From Gammaproteobacteria bacterium (GTDB lineage Bacteria; Pseudomonadota; Gammaproteobacteria; JAURND01), in the NCBI GenBank assembly GCA_029266595.1, contig JAQSWO010000001.1, positions 1 through 59,142 of the forward strand: 59,142 nt of DNA, given 5' to 3'. Positions within the stretch are counted from its first letter, which is position 1. Every line of letters starts with the position of its first letter. The notes beneath the pieces were generated by a model, which saw only the letters and a list, made by a program, of their open reading frames with translations, was not told where the DNA came from and did not search any database. This document shows positions 7,937-19,082 of this stretch, piece by piece. The translations under genes and the position numbers were made by a program.

Positions 7937-9735
7937 TAGTTTTCCTTCTTTTCATTTTGAGTGTTACTTTTTTTTAGTATTAACCCGAGCTCCAACAATT
8001 GCGCAGTACTAACGGGACCTGGCGCATGCGTTAGTGGACAACTGGCACTTTGTGTTTTGGGAAAAGCAATTACATCTCGGATAGACGAAGAACCCGTCAT
8101 CAACATGGCAATTCTATCCAGTCCAAAAGCAATGCCTCCGTGCGGTGGACAGCCATATTTAAACGCAGATAGCAGATGGCCAAATTTTTCATCCGCTTCT
8201 GCATCATCAATGCCCAATATCTTGAAAACAGCTCGTTGCAAGGCGGCATCATGAATACGAATCGAACCGCCCCCCAATTCTGTGCCATTTAGCACCAAAT
8301 CATAAGCCCGGGAAATGGCTGCCCCTGGATTTTCAGCTAACAGTTCAGGATTATTGATAGAGGGTGCCGTGAAGGGATGGTGTAATGACTGCCAACGCTG
8401 TTCTCTTTCATCCCATTCAAACATGGGGAAGTCAACTACCCATACCAGCCGCCAATCATCCTTGTTGATGAGCTGCCTATCTTGACCCAACTTGATGCGC
8501 AACGCGCTCATCGCCTCATTTACAATTTTGGCTTTGTCCGCGCCAAAGAATATCAAGTCACCATTCTGCGCCTTAGTACGAATCAATATATCTTTAACCA
8601 CTGTATCTGGTAGGAATTTTAAAATGGGTGACTGCAATCCTTCTGCCCCAGCTTCCATATCATTGACTTTGATATAAGCCAAACCTTTAGCGCCATAAAG
8701 AGACACTAGCTGCGTATAGTCGTCAATTTCTTTCCTGGATAGTGTGCTACCTTGTGGCAGTTTCAGCGCCACAACTCGACTACCTGGATCTCTGGCTGGT
8801 GCGGCAAAAACTTTGAATTCGACGTCTTGTAGCAAGTCTGCAATATCAATCAACTCTAAGGGAATGCGCAAATCCGGACGATCACAACCAAAACGTTGGA
8901 TGGCCTCAGCATAAGTCATTCGGGGGAAAGGATTAGGCAATGCAATGTTGAGTAAGGTCATGAATAAGTGTCGCATCATGTCTTCGACAAGATTTTGAAT
9001 ATCTGTCTCATCCACAAAAGACATTTCCATATCCAACTGAGTAAATTCAGGCTGCCTATCTGCACGCAAATCTTCGTCTCTAAAACAACGTACGATTTGG
9101 TAGTATCGGTCCATGCCTGAAGCCATCAAAATCTGCTTAAATATTTGGGGCGATTGTGGTAGCGCATAAAAGTGGTTGATGTTTACTCGACTAGGAACGA
9201 GATAATCTCGTGCACCTTCAGGCGTAGATTTAGTTAAAAAAGGCGTTTCTATTTCTAAGAAATGTTGCTGAACCAGTACATCACGAATGATATGGTTCAT
9301 TCGAGACCGAAAACGCATACGATCTGCCATTTCTGGGCGGCGCAAATCTAAAAAACGATATTGTAAACGGATGTCTTCGCCAACCTCAGTGTACTCATCA
9401 ATGCGAAAAGGTTGGGGCTCAGCCACGTTCAAAACATGGAGTGTATCGGATATGACCTCTACACGGCCCGTCGGCAGCTTTTCATTGACTGTGCCTTCAG
9501 GGCGATGTTTAACCGTGCCATGTATCTGAATTACGTATTCGTTTCTCACCGTTTCAGCGATTTTGAAAGAAGCCGCATGTTCGGGATTAAATACCACTTG
9601 GACTTGCCCTTCTCTATCTCTTAAATCCAGAAAAATTAATCCGCCATGATCTCGGCGCCTATGCACCCATCCACATAAAATAATGGGTTGATCTATCAAT
9701 GATTCGTTGATGTGTCCGCAATAATGGGTTCGCAT
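7936..9735 (-). CDS. aspS: aspartate--tRNA ligase
   Basis: [13 protein letters not shown]...[22 protein letters not shown]...[18 protein letters not shown]...GGGSIRIH...GLDR. The track ORF begins at an upstream TTG (9768). I prefer the ATG at 9735, which matches the canonical N-terminus. Confidence 0.93.
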   Translation of the reverse strand: MRTHYCGHINESLIDQPIILCGWVHRRRDHGGLIFLDLRDREGQVQVVFNPEHAASFKIAETVRNEYVIQIHGTVKHRPEGTVNEKLPTGRVEVISDTLHVLNVAEPQPFRIDEYTEVGEDIRLQYRFLDLRRPEMADRMRFRSRMNHIIRDVLVQQHFLEIETPFLTKSTPEGARDYLVPSRVNINHFYALPQSPQIFKQILMASGMDRYYQIVRCFRDEDLRADRQPEFTQLDMEMSFVDETDIQNLVEDMMRHLFMTLLNIALPNPFPRMTYAEAIQRFGCDRPDLRIPLELIDIADLLQDVEFKVFAAPARDPGSRVVALKLPQGSTLSRKEIDDYTQLVSLYGAKGLAYIKVNDMEAGAEGLQSPILKFLPDTVVKDILIRTKAQNGDLIFFGADKAKIVNEAMSALRIKLGQDRQLINKDDWRLVWVVDFPMFEWDEREQRWQSLHHPFTAPSINNPELLAENPGAAISRAYDLVLNGTELGGGSIRIHDAALQRAVFKILGIDDAEADEKFGHLLSAFKYGCPPHGGIAFGLDRIAMLMTGSSSIRDVIAFPKTQSASCPLTHAPGPVSTAQLLELGLILKKSNTQNEKKEN

Positions 9736-9814
9736 AGTTACTCTCTTGTTGGGTTGATGGAGGAGCAAGGCTATCTCACTAAGAACAGGCTGTCATAGAC
9801 CGTAGCGTGTTCGT

Positions 9815-10129
9815 TTATTCCTTCTTCGTTTCTTTTGACTCTGTAACAGCTGGTGGTGGTGTACTTGTGTCAGTGGATGCGGCACTTGTAGAGTCTGGGG
9901 CTGCCTTGCTTTCCGTACTTCCTGCACTTTCCTTTTTAATGGGCTTTTTATCTTTGAAGTCTGTCTCGTACCAACCTGTTCCTTTCAACTGAAAACCTGC
10001 AGCAGATACTTTTTTCTGTAAGGTTTCTTTTCCGCACTCAGGACAAAGTGTAAGAGGCGCTTCGCTTAGATTTTGTAATGCCTCCATGTTATGACCGCAA
10101 ACGGCGCAGTGGTATTCGTATATGGGCAT
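9815..10129 (-). CDS. FmdB-family zinc-ribbon protein with a low-complexity C-terminal tail
   Basis: MPIYEYHCAVCGH...LTLCPECG has two CxxC pairs. The tail is rich in Ser, Thr, Pro and Lys. Confidence 0.8.
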   Translation of the reverse strand: MPIYEYHCAVCGHNMEALQNLSEAPLTLCPECGKETLQKKVSAAGFQLKGTGWYETDFKDKKPIKKESAGSTESKAAPDSTSAASTDTSTPPPAVTESKETKKE

Positions 10130-10288
10130 GTGATGAAAACTCCTCGGTTAAAATGAGGAAATCTTATAGGAGAGGCGTAGGGATGGGAAGAACAATAGGA
10201 CATGCAATATGCTAGGTTGATTTCAAAAACGTGATTTATCGTCTATCAACATGGCGATCTCCGTCAAAGGCAGTTCGGTGAGCGCGAC

Positions 10289-11275
10289 TCATATCTCACA
10301 AATTAACCGATTAATCGCCAACAACTCCTGCTCCGCAAAGCAACGAGCGCCTAAGGCAGGATCAGGAAAAGGAACCATAATGATTTTTTCGTCCTTTAGA
10401 GCAATCATTTGCTGAGAATGCCCAGCTAAAAGATGTTTAACCGCATAATAACCCATTAATGCAGCCGTCTTCCTATCCTTCACTGTGGGCGCACCGCCAC
10501 GCTGGGCATGACCAAGTATGCAGGTTTTATAGGCAAGCCCACTGAGTGACATTATCTCTTCTGCTAATATCATACTTCGTCCTGGATGACCCGCTTCTGC
10601 TACCACAATAATAGACGCCAACTTTTCTCTCTTTCTATGCTGAAGCTGATGCACCAAAGACGCCGTAGTGATGGGCGCTTCAGGAATTAAAATAAACTCA
10701 GCACCTCCAGCAATCCCTACATCTACTGCTAAAAAACCTGCCGCTCGTCCCATTACTTCAACCAAAAAATGATTGTTTAAACTAAATGCGGTATCGCGAA
10801 GTCTGTCAATTGCCTCTAATGCTGTGTTTGATGCCGTATCAAAACCAATTGTGTATTCCGTCCCAATAATGTCGTTGTCTATCGTACAAGGGATCCCGAT
10901 GGTCCTGGGCCCACCCTCTGATTCCAACAAACTTGCACCTTTAAAACTACCATCTCCTCCTAGCACAACCATTGCGTCTATACCTAGCTTCTCCAAAGAT
11001 GCACGACAACGGTCTCTGGTTGCTTTTTCTTTAAATGCTTCATAACGTCCCGTCTTTAAAATAGTGCCACCACGCTGAAGACAATTAGCAACTTGCCTTG
11101 AAGAGAATGAAAAAAAATTTTCGTCAATCAGTCCTTGGTAGCCATTTTCGCAGGCAAACACTTCCAGTCCTTCTGAAAGCGCTGTGCGCAAAACGGCACG
11201 CAATGCTGCGTTCATGCCTGGGGCATCGCCGCCTGAGGTGATAATCAGCAGTTTTTTTAGCTTATTTTTTTTCAT
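10289..11275 (-). CDS. pfkA: ATP-dependent 6-phosphofructokinase
   Basis: ITSGGDAPGMNAALRAV, VVLGGDGS, PCTIDNDI, GHAQRGG. The ATG at 11275 forms an ATGA overlap with the ubiB stop. Confidence 0.88.
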   Translation of the reverse strand: MKKNKLKKLLIITSGGDAPGMNAALRAVLRTALSEGLEVFACENGYQGLIDENFFSFSSRQVANCLQRGGTILKTGRYEAFKEKATRDRCRASLEKLGIDAMVVLGGDGSFKGASLLESEGGPRTIGIPCTIDNDIIGTEYTIGFDTASNTALEAIDRLRDTAFSLNNHFLVEVMGRAAGFLAVDVGIAGGAEFILIPEAPITTASLVHQLQHRKREKLASIIVVAEAGHPGRSMILAEEIMSLSGLAYKTCILGHAQRGGAPTVKDRKTAALMGYYAVKHLLAGHSQQMIALKDEKIIMVPFPDPALGARCFAEQELLAINRLICEI

Positions 11276-12834
11276 GGCAACCACACTGCAGCTACACCAA
11301 CCATCATAACAACAGCGAAAACTACGCCCAAAAGAAAATACTTCAACCGACTATGTCCAGGATGTTTGTTACGGTCCTGCGTTTGCCAACTTTTAAACAT
11401 TCTAGTGGGTCTATACTCTTCCAACACACTCCTAAATACCCCTGGCAGCGCGGCTATATCTCCTACAAAATGTGGAGCCTGTTGCGAAAACTTTTTTAAC
11501 ATAGTTTTAGCGCTATAACGTTTTCGCATCCATTTTTCCAAAATAGGCTTTGCTGTTAGCCAAAGATTCAACTCGGGATAAATTTGTCTGCCCAAACTTT
11601 CTATATGTAACAAAGTTTTCTGCAATAAAAAAAGCTGAGGCTGTACTTCCATGTGAAATTTTGAGGCAGTTTGAAATAAGCTTAACAATAATTGTGCAAA
11701 AGAAATTTCACCTAATGGCCTTTCAAAAATAGGCTCGCAAACCGTTCGAATAGCCGATTCAAACGCTTCGACTCGCGTTTTTGCCGGCACCCATCCAGAT
11801 TCAATATGCAGAACCGCCACACGCCTATAATCGCGCTTAAAAAAAGCCAATAAGTTTTCTGATAAGTAATGTTGGTCTGTCGGACTGAGCGAACCCATAA
11901 TACCGAAATCAACCGCAATATATTGCGGATTTTGTGGATGTTGGCGTGAAACAAAAATATTACCAGGATGCATATCTGCATGGAAAAAATTATCACGAAA
12001 TACCTGAGTGAAAAATATTTCTACTCCCCTCTCTGCTAATGTTTTTAAATCAACACCTACGGCTTGAATGGCGTCACGCGCTGAAACAGGAATGCCTGAT
12101 ATTTTCTCCATTACAATAACTTTTTTATTCGTATACTCCCAAAAAACTTCAGGGACGTATAACAAGGGAGAATGTAAAAAATTTCTTCGTAATTGCGAAG
12201 CATTCGCCGCTTCTCGCATAAAATCTAATTCATTTGTAAGCGTTTGTTCAAACTCCCACACCAACTCACGCGGGCGCAGGCGCTTGCCATGTGACCAAAA
12301 TCTTTCTGTTAATCCTGCAACTCTATACAACAATTCTAAATCACGCTGTATGATTTTCTTTATATCGGGCCTCTGTATTTTAACCACTACACTTTTTTTA
12401 TTTTTTAGTATGGCGGAATGCACTTGTGCAATAGAAGCCGAGGCAAGCGGCTCAGGAGAAAAATCTGAAAATATAACGGATAGATCGCAACCATAATTTT
12501 TTTCTAGGATTTCCTGCGCCATCTCTCCAGGAAAAGGAGAGACTTGATCCTGTAATTTTTGCAGTTCTAGGATAATTTCTTCAGAAAATAAGTCATGTCT
12601 TACCGAAAGCGTTTGACCAAACTTTACAAAGACAGGACCTAACTCTTCGAGCGCTAGACGAATGGCTACACCAGGCGGCTTTCTATTTTTTCTCCGCCAA
12701 TTAAATGGATTAAGATAGGCTAAAAAACGCAAAGGAAAGAATAAGGGCGTGGAAAATACCACACGATCTATGCCATAACGTGCCAAGACATAGTTGATAT
12801 AAAACAATCTAAAAAACTGTGAGAGTGATTTCAT
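11272..12834 (-). CDS. ubiB: ubiquinone biosynthesis regulatory kinase-like protein UbiB
   Basis: ABC1/UbiB kinase-like fold: ASASIAQVH, VVVKIQRP, FFHADMHPGNIF. Two TM helices at the C-terminus. Lies in ubiE-ubiJ-ubiB synteny. Confidence 0.92.
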   Translation of the reverse strand: MKSLSQFFRLFYINYVLARYGIDRVVFSTPLFFPLRFLAYLNPFNWRRKNRKPPGVAIRLALEELGPVFVKFGQTLSVRHDLFSEEIILELQKLQDQVSPFPGEMAQEILEKNYGCDLSVIFSDFSPEPLASASIAQVHSAILKNKKSVVVKIQRPDIKKIIQRDLELLYRVAGLTERFWSHGKRLRPRELVWEFEQTLTNELDFMREAANASQLRRNFLHSPLLYVPEVFWEYTNKKVIVMEKISGIPVSARDAIQAVGVDLKTLAERGVEIFFTQVFRDNFFHADMHPGNIFVSRQHPQNPQYIAVDFGIMGSLSPTDQHYLSENLLAFFKRDYRRVAVLHIESGWVPAKTRVEAFESAIRTVCEPIFERPLGEISFAQLLLSLFQTASKFHMEVQPQLFLLQKTLLHIESLGRQIYPELNLWLTAKPILEKWMRKRYSAKTMLKKFSQQAPHFVGDIAALPGVFRSVLEEYRPTRMFKSWQTQDRNKHPGHSRLKYFLLGVVFAVVMMVGVAAVWLP

Positions 12835-12869
12835 TAAAATACTTCGATAGTGGGTTATCCTTAAAGGTA

Positions 12870-13457
12870 TTAGATTTTTTTCTGGATTGCTTCTAATCTC
12901 TCCACATCATTCCTAAGGCTATAAATATCTGAAAAAAAATCTTCCATTTCTTTACGCGATGGTACCAAGAGCGTTTCTTCTTGAAGATACTCAGTCATAT
13001 TTTCTTGTATATTACGTTTTATTTGCCCTTTTACATGGTCTAATTTTTCGAAGATATTCTTGACATAATGCGCAACATTATCATTAGTAAAAACAGCGAG
13101 TATTTCTTCCCAATCTATATGACTTTCTAACATAATGCGGTTGATTTTTTGTGCCAGCTCTATATCTCCTTCTACTTCAAGATCCTGCGGAAAAATGGCT
13201 GCATCACTTCCACTCAAACCTCTTTTTATAAAACTAGAGAGTATCCCTTTGATACTTATATCGGGGGCATTTTCATAAACACTCTGCAAACGGACCCCTT
13301 GTTTACAAGGAAATATATATAATTTAATACCCCAATCTTCAATATTAAACAATATTACCTTTCCAGAAAGAGCGATGAGCTTTTCTCGGGTTTCACTGTC
13401 AATCTGAAGATAACGCTGAACAACTCGCTCCAGCGCCATGGTCATCAATGTAATCAT
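12870..13457 (-). CDS. ubiJ: ubiquinone biosynthesis accessory factor UbiJ (SCP2-like)
   Basis: The position between ubiE and ubiB matches E. coli yigP/ubiJ. 195 aa, with an SCP2-like N-terminal half. The call rests mainly on synteny. Confidence 0.65.
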   Translation of the reverse strand: MITLMTMALERVVQRYLQIDSETREKLIALSGKVILFNIEDWGIKLYIFPCKQGVRLQSVYENAPDISIKGILSSFIKRGLSGSDAAIFPQDLEVEGDIELAQKINRIMLESHIDWEEILAVFTNDNVAHYVKNIFEKLDHVKGQIKRNIQENMTEYLQEETLLVPSRKEMEDFFSDIYSLRNDVERLEAIQKKI

Positions 13458-14224
13458 CAGTATTTATACCCTGTGTGTAGCGCAACAATGCCACCACTAA
13501 GATTTTCATATTTGCAATCTTCAAAACCAGCAGATGACATCATAGATTTAAGCGTTTCTTGGTCTGGGTGTTGGCGTATAGATTCTGCCAAGTAACGATA
13601 GCTATCTGAGTCGCCTGCAATGATTTTTCCCAACCGAGGAAGGACATTAAAAGAATAAATATCATAAATCTTCGAAAGCAACGGAAGTATCGGTTTAGAG
13701 AATTCGAGTACTAATAATTTTCCACCAGGTTTAAGTATTTGTTCCATCGCAGCTAACGCTTTTTCCTTACGCGTGACATTTCTCAGGCCGAAGGCAATGG
13801 TCACAAGATCAAAAGTATTATTAGGAAATGGCAGAGATTCTGCATCTGCTTGAAGATATAAGACATTCCCCACTACACCCCTGTCTGTTAAACGATCGCG
13901 ACCTTGTTTTAGCATACTGTCATTAATATCAGACATTACTACTAGGCCTTCATCACCCACTTGAGCAGCCAGTCTCATGGTGATATCACCTGTACCAGCC
14001 GCTAGATCTAATACGTATTGCCCTGGCCTAACACTGGCACATTCTGTAGCGTATCGCTTCCACAAACGATGCACGCCCAGAGACATTGCGTCATTCATAA
14101 GATCGTATTTTCCTGCTACCGAGTGAAATACCTGTGCTACTTTGCTTGCTTTTTCTGCGAAAGGTACGCGCTCAAAACCGAAGTCTGTGGTTTCTAGTGA
14201 TTTTTTTTTAGGTTCATGCTTCAT
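13457..14224 (-). CDS. ubiE: bifunctional demethylmenaquinone / 2-methoxy-6-polyprenyl-1,4-benzoquinol methyltransferase UbiE
   Basis: [43 protein letters not shown], with SAM motif [10 protein letters not shown]. Confidence 0.95.
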   Translation of the reverse strand: MKHEPKKKSLETTDFGFERVPFAEKASKVAQVFHSVAGKYDLMNDAMSLGVHRLWKRYATECASVRPGQYVLDLAAGTGDITMRLAAQVGDEGLVVMSDINDSMLKQGRDRLTDRGVVGNVLYLQADAESLPFPNNTFDLVTIAFGLRNVTRKEKALAAMEQILKPGGKLLVLEFSKPILPLLSKIYDIYSFNVLPRLGKIIAGDSDSYRYLAESIRQHPDQETLKSMMSSAGFEDCKYENLSGGIVALHTGYKY

Positions 14225-15006
14225 GGCTTCGTGCGCTCCTTAGGAATGACGAATATAAGATCAGCAACTTTGGTTAGTCCGGGTAGCTCCAAAGAGAGTT
14301 TATCTAGTCGAGTATATAGTTGAGTCGATCTCCCGCCGTCAAGGTTTAACGCGTTTACACAGTTTAGACCATTTTTTTCCTCTGGACGCTGCATGATTTC
14401 AGCTAATTCTTGCGTGGAAAGTAGCAGATTCTCAGTAGCAAGCAAGATGATTTTGTTAGAGGGCTGAATGCCCAAAGCCGTACGGTAGGAAACACCTGGC
14501 TTTAATTTAGGGATTTTGCCATTCACAACGAGTCTAGGACCTGCCTGAATAGCGAATTGAATCGCCGAATCTGGACGATAATTTTTATATGACACTACAT
14601 GCGCTTGGTTATGCTTAATATAAAAAATACCCCACCAGCTAGTGGATTTAATAGGGCTAAGTGAGCTCCCCTTACTCACCCTAAGACCTAACAATCCCAT
14701 TTCGGGACTAAAAAATCCGCCATTGGTGGCAATAACCGCATTCTGTTGTTGCATCAATCCAGTAATTGAGCGCGCGCCCGTTTGTATCGCATCCTTTCCT
14801 GTTACCACAACTTCAAAGTTATAGATGCTAGGATCAATCTGAAAGGCATGTATAGCACCATCAGAAAAGGAAACAAGGTTTTCGATTTTTTTATAGGAAA
14901 GACCGGACGCGATAGGCGTCCAATCTGAACTGGCAGCCAAAGCTGGAGATAATAATCCCATGTAAATGAGCATAGAAAATGCCCATCTGTAAATTTTTTG
15001 ATTCAT
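14221..15006 (-). CDS. secreted phosphodiester glycosidase family (DUF2233) protein
   Basis: Signal peptide [24 protein letters not shown] from the ATG at 15006 (the track begins at 15042). Motifs NGGFF and LNLDGGRST. The stop overlaps the ubiE start. Confidence 0.7.
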   Translation of the reverse strand: MNQKIYRWAFSMLIYMGLLSPALAASSDWTPIASGLSYKKIENLVSFSDGAIHAFQIDPSIYNFEVVVTGKDAIQTGARSITGLMQQQNAVIATNGGFFSPEMGLLGLRVSKGSSLSPIKSTSWWGIFYIKHNQAHVVSYKNYRPDSAIQFAIQAGPRLVVNGKIPKLKPGVSYRTALGIQPSNKIILLATENLLLSTQELAEIMQRPEEKNGLNCVNALNLDGGRSTQLYTRLDKLSLELPGLTKVADLIFVIPKERTKP

Positions 15007-15066
15007 TTGGGCGCTGCTAATAGTGTGCGTTGTACATTTCACCTTTTAATGGTGAGCGCTATAAAA

Positions 15067-16749
15067 TTACTTGAACTCAAGATGCCAAGCCTGAGCAGCT
15101 TGTTTCCCTAACCACTCTTGATAATCGTTGAGTGATTCGTTGTTCCATTCCTCATACCCACATATTCTTTGGGAAATTAAAAAATCACTTTGTTTATAAA
15201 TCTCTTTTTTTTCTTTAAAAGAAAGACGGCTGGCATCTTTATTATCTAAATATTTAAGAAATACCATATTTCCTAATCTGCTAATGGCATCCTCCCAATT
15301 TTCACCAAAGCGACTTATCCAAGCGCCATCCGGATTTGTGGGCAGAATATGTTCAATGGTAACGCCTAAGTTCTTACTCATGCATTTCTTCGATAAATAA
15401 TCTTCAATTTCGGCCAGAATAAATTTTATTTTCTTTTTCGCTTCGATAAATGGCATTGTTTTATATTTAAAGGCTAAAATAAACGCTTCATCATCAGGAT
15501 ATAGTTTTTTAAATTCAAATGAATTTTTTATATGAGCTGCTCTTTTATATGCACCCAAAGCGATTTTTATGGCAATGTCATTATAAGATCTCTCTTGATC
15601 TTTTGTCAGTTTGTTACAAATAGTATTGTAACGAAGAGATAGAATTTTTATATAACGCAGTAATTTAATAAATTCTTTTGCATTAAAAGCTTTGAAAGCA
15701 GCAAGAAAAATATTATAGGGTTGGTTGATATTTAGTAATTCAAATGCTCTCAATTCTTCCGCACATTCTCTATATTGACCATGCTGTGCCTCACGCCATA
15801 ACTCATCATCAGGCCGAGAAAGCGCAGCATAAACTTCTACATTTTGTTCTATCCTTTCTAAATATTCGTAAGCATCGGCTCGAGATCTAACGAGCGATCT
15901 AATTTTTTTAAAGAGTTCATTTTTAGTTGCTGTTTTAAAGCGACTATTCCAATCAGTCCTTAAAAAATGTGAGAAATCATTTGACCCTAACTGAGCAACT
16001 ATCCCCTCCCACCTTTCATCCAGACGTTCTAATTCATCATCAGAAATATCGTCACCTTTATTGATGACTGAAAATAAATAATTTTTAAGTAGATCTGAGG
16101 TAGATAGTTGAACACCTCTAGCATTTAGCGTTTCAAATACCTTATAGGCATTTAGCTCATCAGTGACAATTATTTTTGTAAAGATTAGGCCTCTTGACAT
16201 TTTCTCTACATATTCCGCAATTTCTTTGCCTTTTTTCCCCTGCAGTTTATTATAGAAAAACTCAAAAGCATTGATCATCAGTTTATTCGTTTTTTTTTGT
16301 TTCCTAGTATGTAACCTCTTTAAAGCTGATAATTGTCTATAAGCTATATTGTTATTTCTATTCAACTCAAGCTTGTTATAGGTATTCAATGACACAGAAT
16401 CAAAAGAGCCAATATAGCTATTCCTAATAATTTCAGCTCTCTTTTGATTATCTACGTCACCCTCAGTTAATTCATTAAGACGTTTCAAAGCGGCAAGAAT
16501 AATGATTGATAGAGTAGTTAGCCTTTGCTGCCCATCAATAATCAATTCTCTCTCTCGCCCCGCTTGTAAAACCACATATCCTATATAATGCTGACCTTCC
16601 TCATCCAATGTTTCTATATCAACCCATAAATCTTCCCACTGCTCGTCTGACCACGAATAATCTCTTTGAAAACTAGGTACTTTATACTTGTGACCATTCC
16701 CCAACATGCTTTGAAGATTTTGGTTTTCTGTGTTCATTAAAATAGGCAT
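15067..16749 (-). CDS. GmrSD-like DUF262/DUF1524 nuclease, a type IV restriction-like single-gene defence candidate
   Basis: N-terminal DUF262 motifs: YKVPSFQRDYSW, IIDGQQRLTTL, FETLNARGVQLS. C-terminal DUF1524 His-Me-finger-like motif: TIEHILPTNP...RLGNMVFL. The gene is visibly more AT-rich than its neighbours. Confidence 0.8.
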   Translation of the reverse strand: MPILMNTENQNLQSMLGNGHKYKVPSFQRDYSWSDEQWEDLWVDIETLDEEGQHYIGYVVLQAGRERELIIDGQQRLTTLSIIILAALKRLNELTEGDVDNQKRAEIIRNSYIGSFDSVSLNTYNKLELNRNNNIAYRQLSALKRLHTRKQKKTNKLMINAFEFFYNKLQGKKGKEIAEYVEKMSRGLIFTKIIVTDELNAYKVFETLNARGVQLSTSDLLKNYLFSVINKGDDISDDELERLDERWEGIVAQLGSNDFSHFLRTDWNSRFKTATKNELFKKIRSLVRSRADAYEYLERIEQNVEVYAALSRPDDELWREAQHGQYRECAEELRAFELLNINQPYNIFLAAFKAFNAKEFIKLLRYIKILSLRYNTICNKLTKDQERSYNDIAIKIALGAYKRAAHIKNSFEFKKLYPDDEAFILAFKYKTMPFIEAKKKIKFILAEIEDYLSKKCMSKNLGVTIEHILPTNPDGAWISRFGENWEDAISRLGNMVFLKYLDNKDASRLSFKEKKEIYKQSDFLISQRICGYEEWNNESLNDYQEWLGKQAAQAWHLEFK

Positions 16750-16827
16750 AGAGCACCTTCTTTTCTACATGCAACACTAAAAGCCTGGACAATTTGTTAG
16801 CGTGAAATAGTAGAATTATTCAAGCTT

Positions 16828-17676
16828 CTAACTCTTCACTTCTGTAGCAGTACTGACGCTATCTTCTAACGATAGGGATGATGCTGCAGAAGAATCCTTA
16901 CTATCTTCTGCGGTTGCCGACGACGATCCTTCTTCAAAATCATCCCCAAACCCATCATGGTTGCCATGCGGATCCAAAACTCTTTCAATTTGTGATTGAC
17001 GCCGTTGCAGGTAGGCATCACGCACAAGCAGATATGGGTCAAATGCATCATCTATAAGTTTATCCGGGCCTAAGAGGGATGCCCTGTTATCCACGAATCG
17101 GACACCATATGCGGCCCAACCCCACCAATCGCTATCTATATAAGGCCATGGAGTCATAAAGAAATCTCCGCTGAAACCAATAATATCTCGTGGTGTCGAG
17201 GATGGAAGGAAGGGGATGATGAAGTAAGAGGATTTTCTATATCCCCATTTAGCCAGCGTTAAGCCAAAGTCTTGCTCATGTTTTTCAATACCAATTTTTG
17301 TGGCAACGTCAAAGAGACCGCCTATACCTAAGGTCGTATTGATCAGTAAGCGTCCTATATCAGATACTAGCCACTCACCGTTAGCCTGTAATAGGTCATT
17401 ACCAATAATGGGGAGTTGATTGATATTAGCAAAGAAGTTTCTTACGCCTTTACGGGCAAAGCTAGGCATAACGTAATCATAAGTTTTTGCCACAGGCCGA
17501 TAGATAAACCTATCAATCTGGCGATTAAACGCAAAAACTTTTCTATTGTAACCCTCGTATGGATCTTCTGGGCTTTGGCCGCTTGCACAGCCGGTCAACG
17601 CTAGCACTAGAAACAAAGCTAATATGGTAGGTATATAACTCCGAATACGATAAAGCTTTGTTTTTGTGCTTTCCAT
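16828..17676 (-). CDS. mlaA: MlaA/VacJ family outer-membrane lipoprotein with an acidic, Ser-rich C-terminal tail
   Basis: Lipobox LALTGC. YEGYNRKVFAFNRQIDRFIYRPVAKTYDYVMP...VRNFFANI. I prefer the ATG at 17676 to the upstream TTG at 17724. Confidence 0.88.
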   Translation of the reverse strand: MESTKTKLYRIRSYIPTILALFLVLALTGCASGQSPEDPYEGYNRKVFAFNRQIDRFIYRPVAKTYDYVMPSFARKGVRNFFANINQLPIIGNDLLQANGEWLVSDIGRLLINTTLGIGGLFDVATKIGIEKHEQDFGLTLAKWGYRKSSYFIIPFLPSSTPRDIIGFSGDFFMTPWPYIDSDWWGWAAYGVRFVDNRASLLGPDKLIDDAFDPYLLVRDAYLQRRQSQIERVLDPHGNHDGFGDDFEEGSSSATAEDSKDSSAASSLSLEDSVSTATEVKS

Positions 17677-17727
17677 ATTATTCTCTCTTATGAATGTTTG
17701 TGCGTTGACCGTTGGAATGGGCAAGCA

Positions 17728-18957
17728 TCAAATCCCCAATAATAACCGGCTGGGATCTTCCAACAGCTGCTTGATAGTTAAAAGAAATGTCACCGAATCA
17801 CGTCCATCAATCAAACGATGGTCATAAGACATCGCCAAATACATAATCGGACGTATCACTATTTGATCATTTTCTACCACGGGACGTTTTACAATATTAT
17901 GCATACCCAAAATAGCAGATTGGGGAGAATTTAGTATAGGGGTGGAAAGCATAGAGCCAAACGTGCCGCCATTGGTAATTGTGAATGTGCCACCCGTCAT
18001 ATCTTCCATCGTAAGCTTAGCATCACGTGCTTTTTCTGCGTAGGCAACAATGCTTTTCTCTATATCCGCCATGCTTAATGCATCTGCATCTCTGATCACA
18101 GGAACAACTAAGCCTCTGGGTGTGGAAACAGCAATACCAATATCGTAATAACCATGATAGACGATATCGGAGCCATCAATAGATGCATTGATTACAGGAA
18201 AACGCTTAAGCGCTTCCACTACTGCTTTTACAAAGAAAGACATAAAGCCCAGCTTCACGCCGTGATTTTTCTGGAAAGCTTCCTGATGACGTGCACGTAA
18301 ATCCATCACAGGTTTCATATCTACTTCATTAAAGGTGGTTAACATAGCCGTATTTTGCTGAACTTCCATCAGTCTTTCAGCAACACGCGCACGAAGACGT
18401 GACATGGGAACGCGTTTTTCCGTGCGATCTCCCGAAACTTCTAAACTAGATGTTGCCGCCTCTGCAGATGCAGACTTTGCTAGTTGGCTGCCGCCGCTCA
18501 TATGCGCTAAAACATCTTCTTTATTAATACGCCCTGCCTTGCCTGTACCAGTGATTTTTGTCACATCTAAATTATTTTCCGTCACCATACGCCTTACAGC
18601 AGGACTGAGATCGGCTTGTGCTGCAGCTGGTTGACTAGCGGTAGTCGTATCAGAGGGAGGCGATGCTTCGGCTGATTTTTCTGGCGCAGATGTATGCGCT
18701 GAAGTGGATGCAGCATCAGCCCCTTCTTTCAAGGTGGCAAGTACTTCATTCGGTGTCACCACCGTGCCAACCTGTTTCAGTATGTCGCCCAGTATGCCAT
18801 CTTGCGGAGCAGGCACTTCTAACATGACTTTGTCTGTCTCAAGATCCAGCAATGGCTCGTCGCGTTTAACGGCATCCCCTGGCTGTTTGTGCCAGACAGC
18901 AACGGTAGCGTCTGAAACGGATTCAGGTAAGGCAGGTACTTTTATGTCGATGGTCAT
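17728..18957 (-). CDS. sucB: 2-oxoglutarate dehydrogenase E2, dihydrolipoyllysine-residue succinyltransferase
   Basis: Lipoyl domain [24 protein letters not shown]...[10 protein letters not shown]. Ala/Pro/Ser linker. Catalytic motif [12 protein letters not shown] at 18957 with a GAGGAAAAAAGA leader. Confidence 0.95.
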   Translation of the reverse strand: MTIDIKVPALPESVSDATVAVWHKQPGDAVKRDEPLLDLETDKVMLEVPAPQDGILGDILKQVGTVVTPNEVLATLKEGADAASTSAHTSAPEKSAEASPPSDTTTASQPAAAQADLSPAVRRMVTENNLDVTKITGTGKAGRINKEDVLAHMSGGSQLAKSASAEAATSSLEVSGDRTEKRVPMSRLRARVAERLMEVQQNTAMLTTFNEVDMKPVMDLRARHQEAFQKNHGVKLGFMSFFVKAVVEALKRFPVINASIDGSDIVYHGYYDIGIAVSTPRGLVVPVIRDADALSMADIEKSIVAYAEKARDAKLTMEDMTGGTFTITNGGTFGSMLSTPILNSPQSAILGMHNIVKRPVVENDQIVIRPIMYLAMSYDHRLIDGRDSVTFLLTIKQLLEDPSRLLLGI

Positions 18958-19082
18958 TCTTTTTTCCTCAACTTTCCTCGTTCCCACACAGGCGTGGGAA
19001 TGCATATTATTAACTAGCAGTGTGACTGGCACTCTGCCCTTTTTATCCTAAATCTTACGCTCTACTGCGCGGGGACGGAGAA

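Noticed and set aside
12871-12900. 16-nt match (ttttctggattgcttc) between the ubiJ 3' end and the family-C repeat flank at 4664-4679
   Set aside because: The match is short, lies inside a coding region, and similarity does not extend on either side. It is probably chance.
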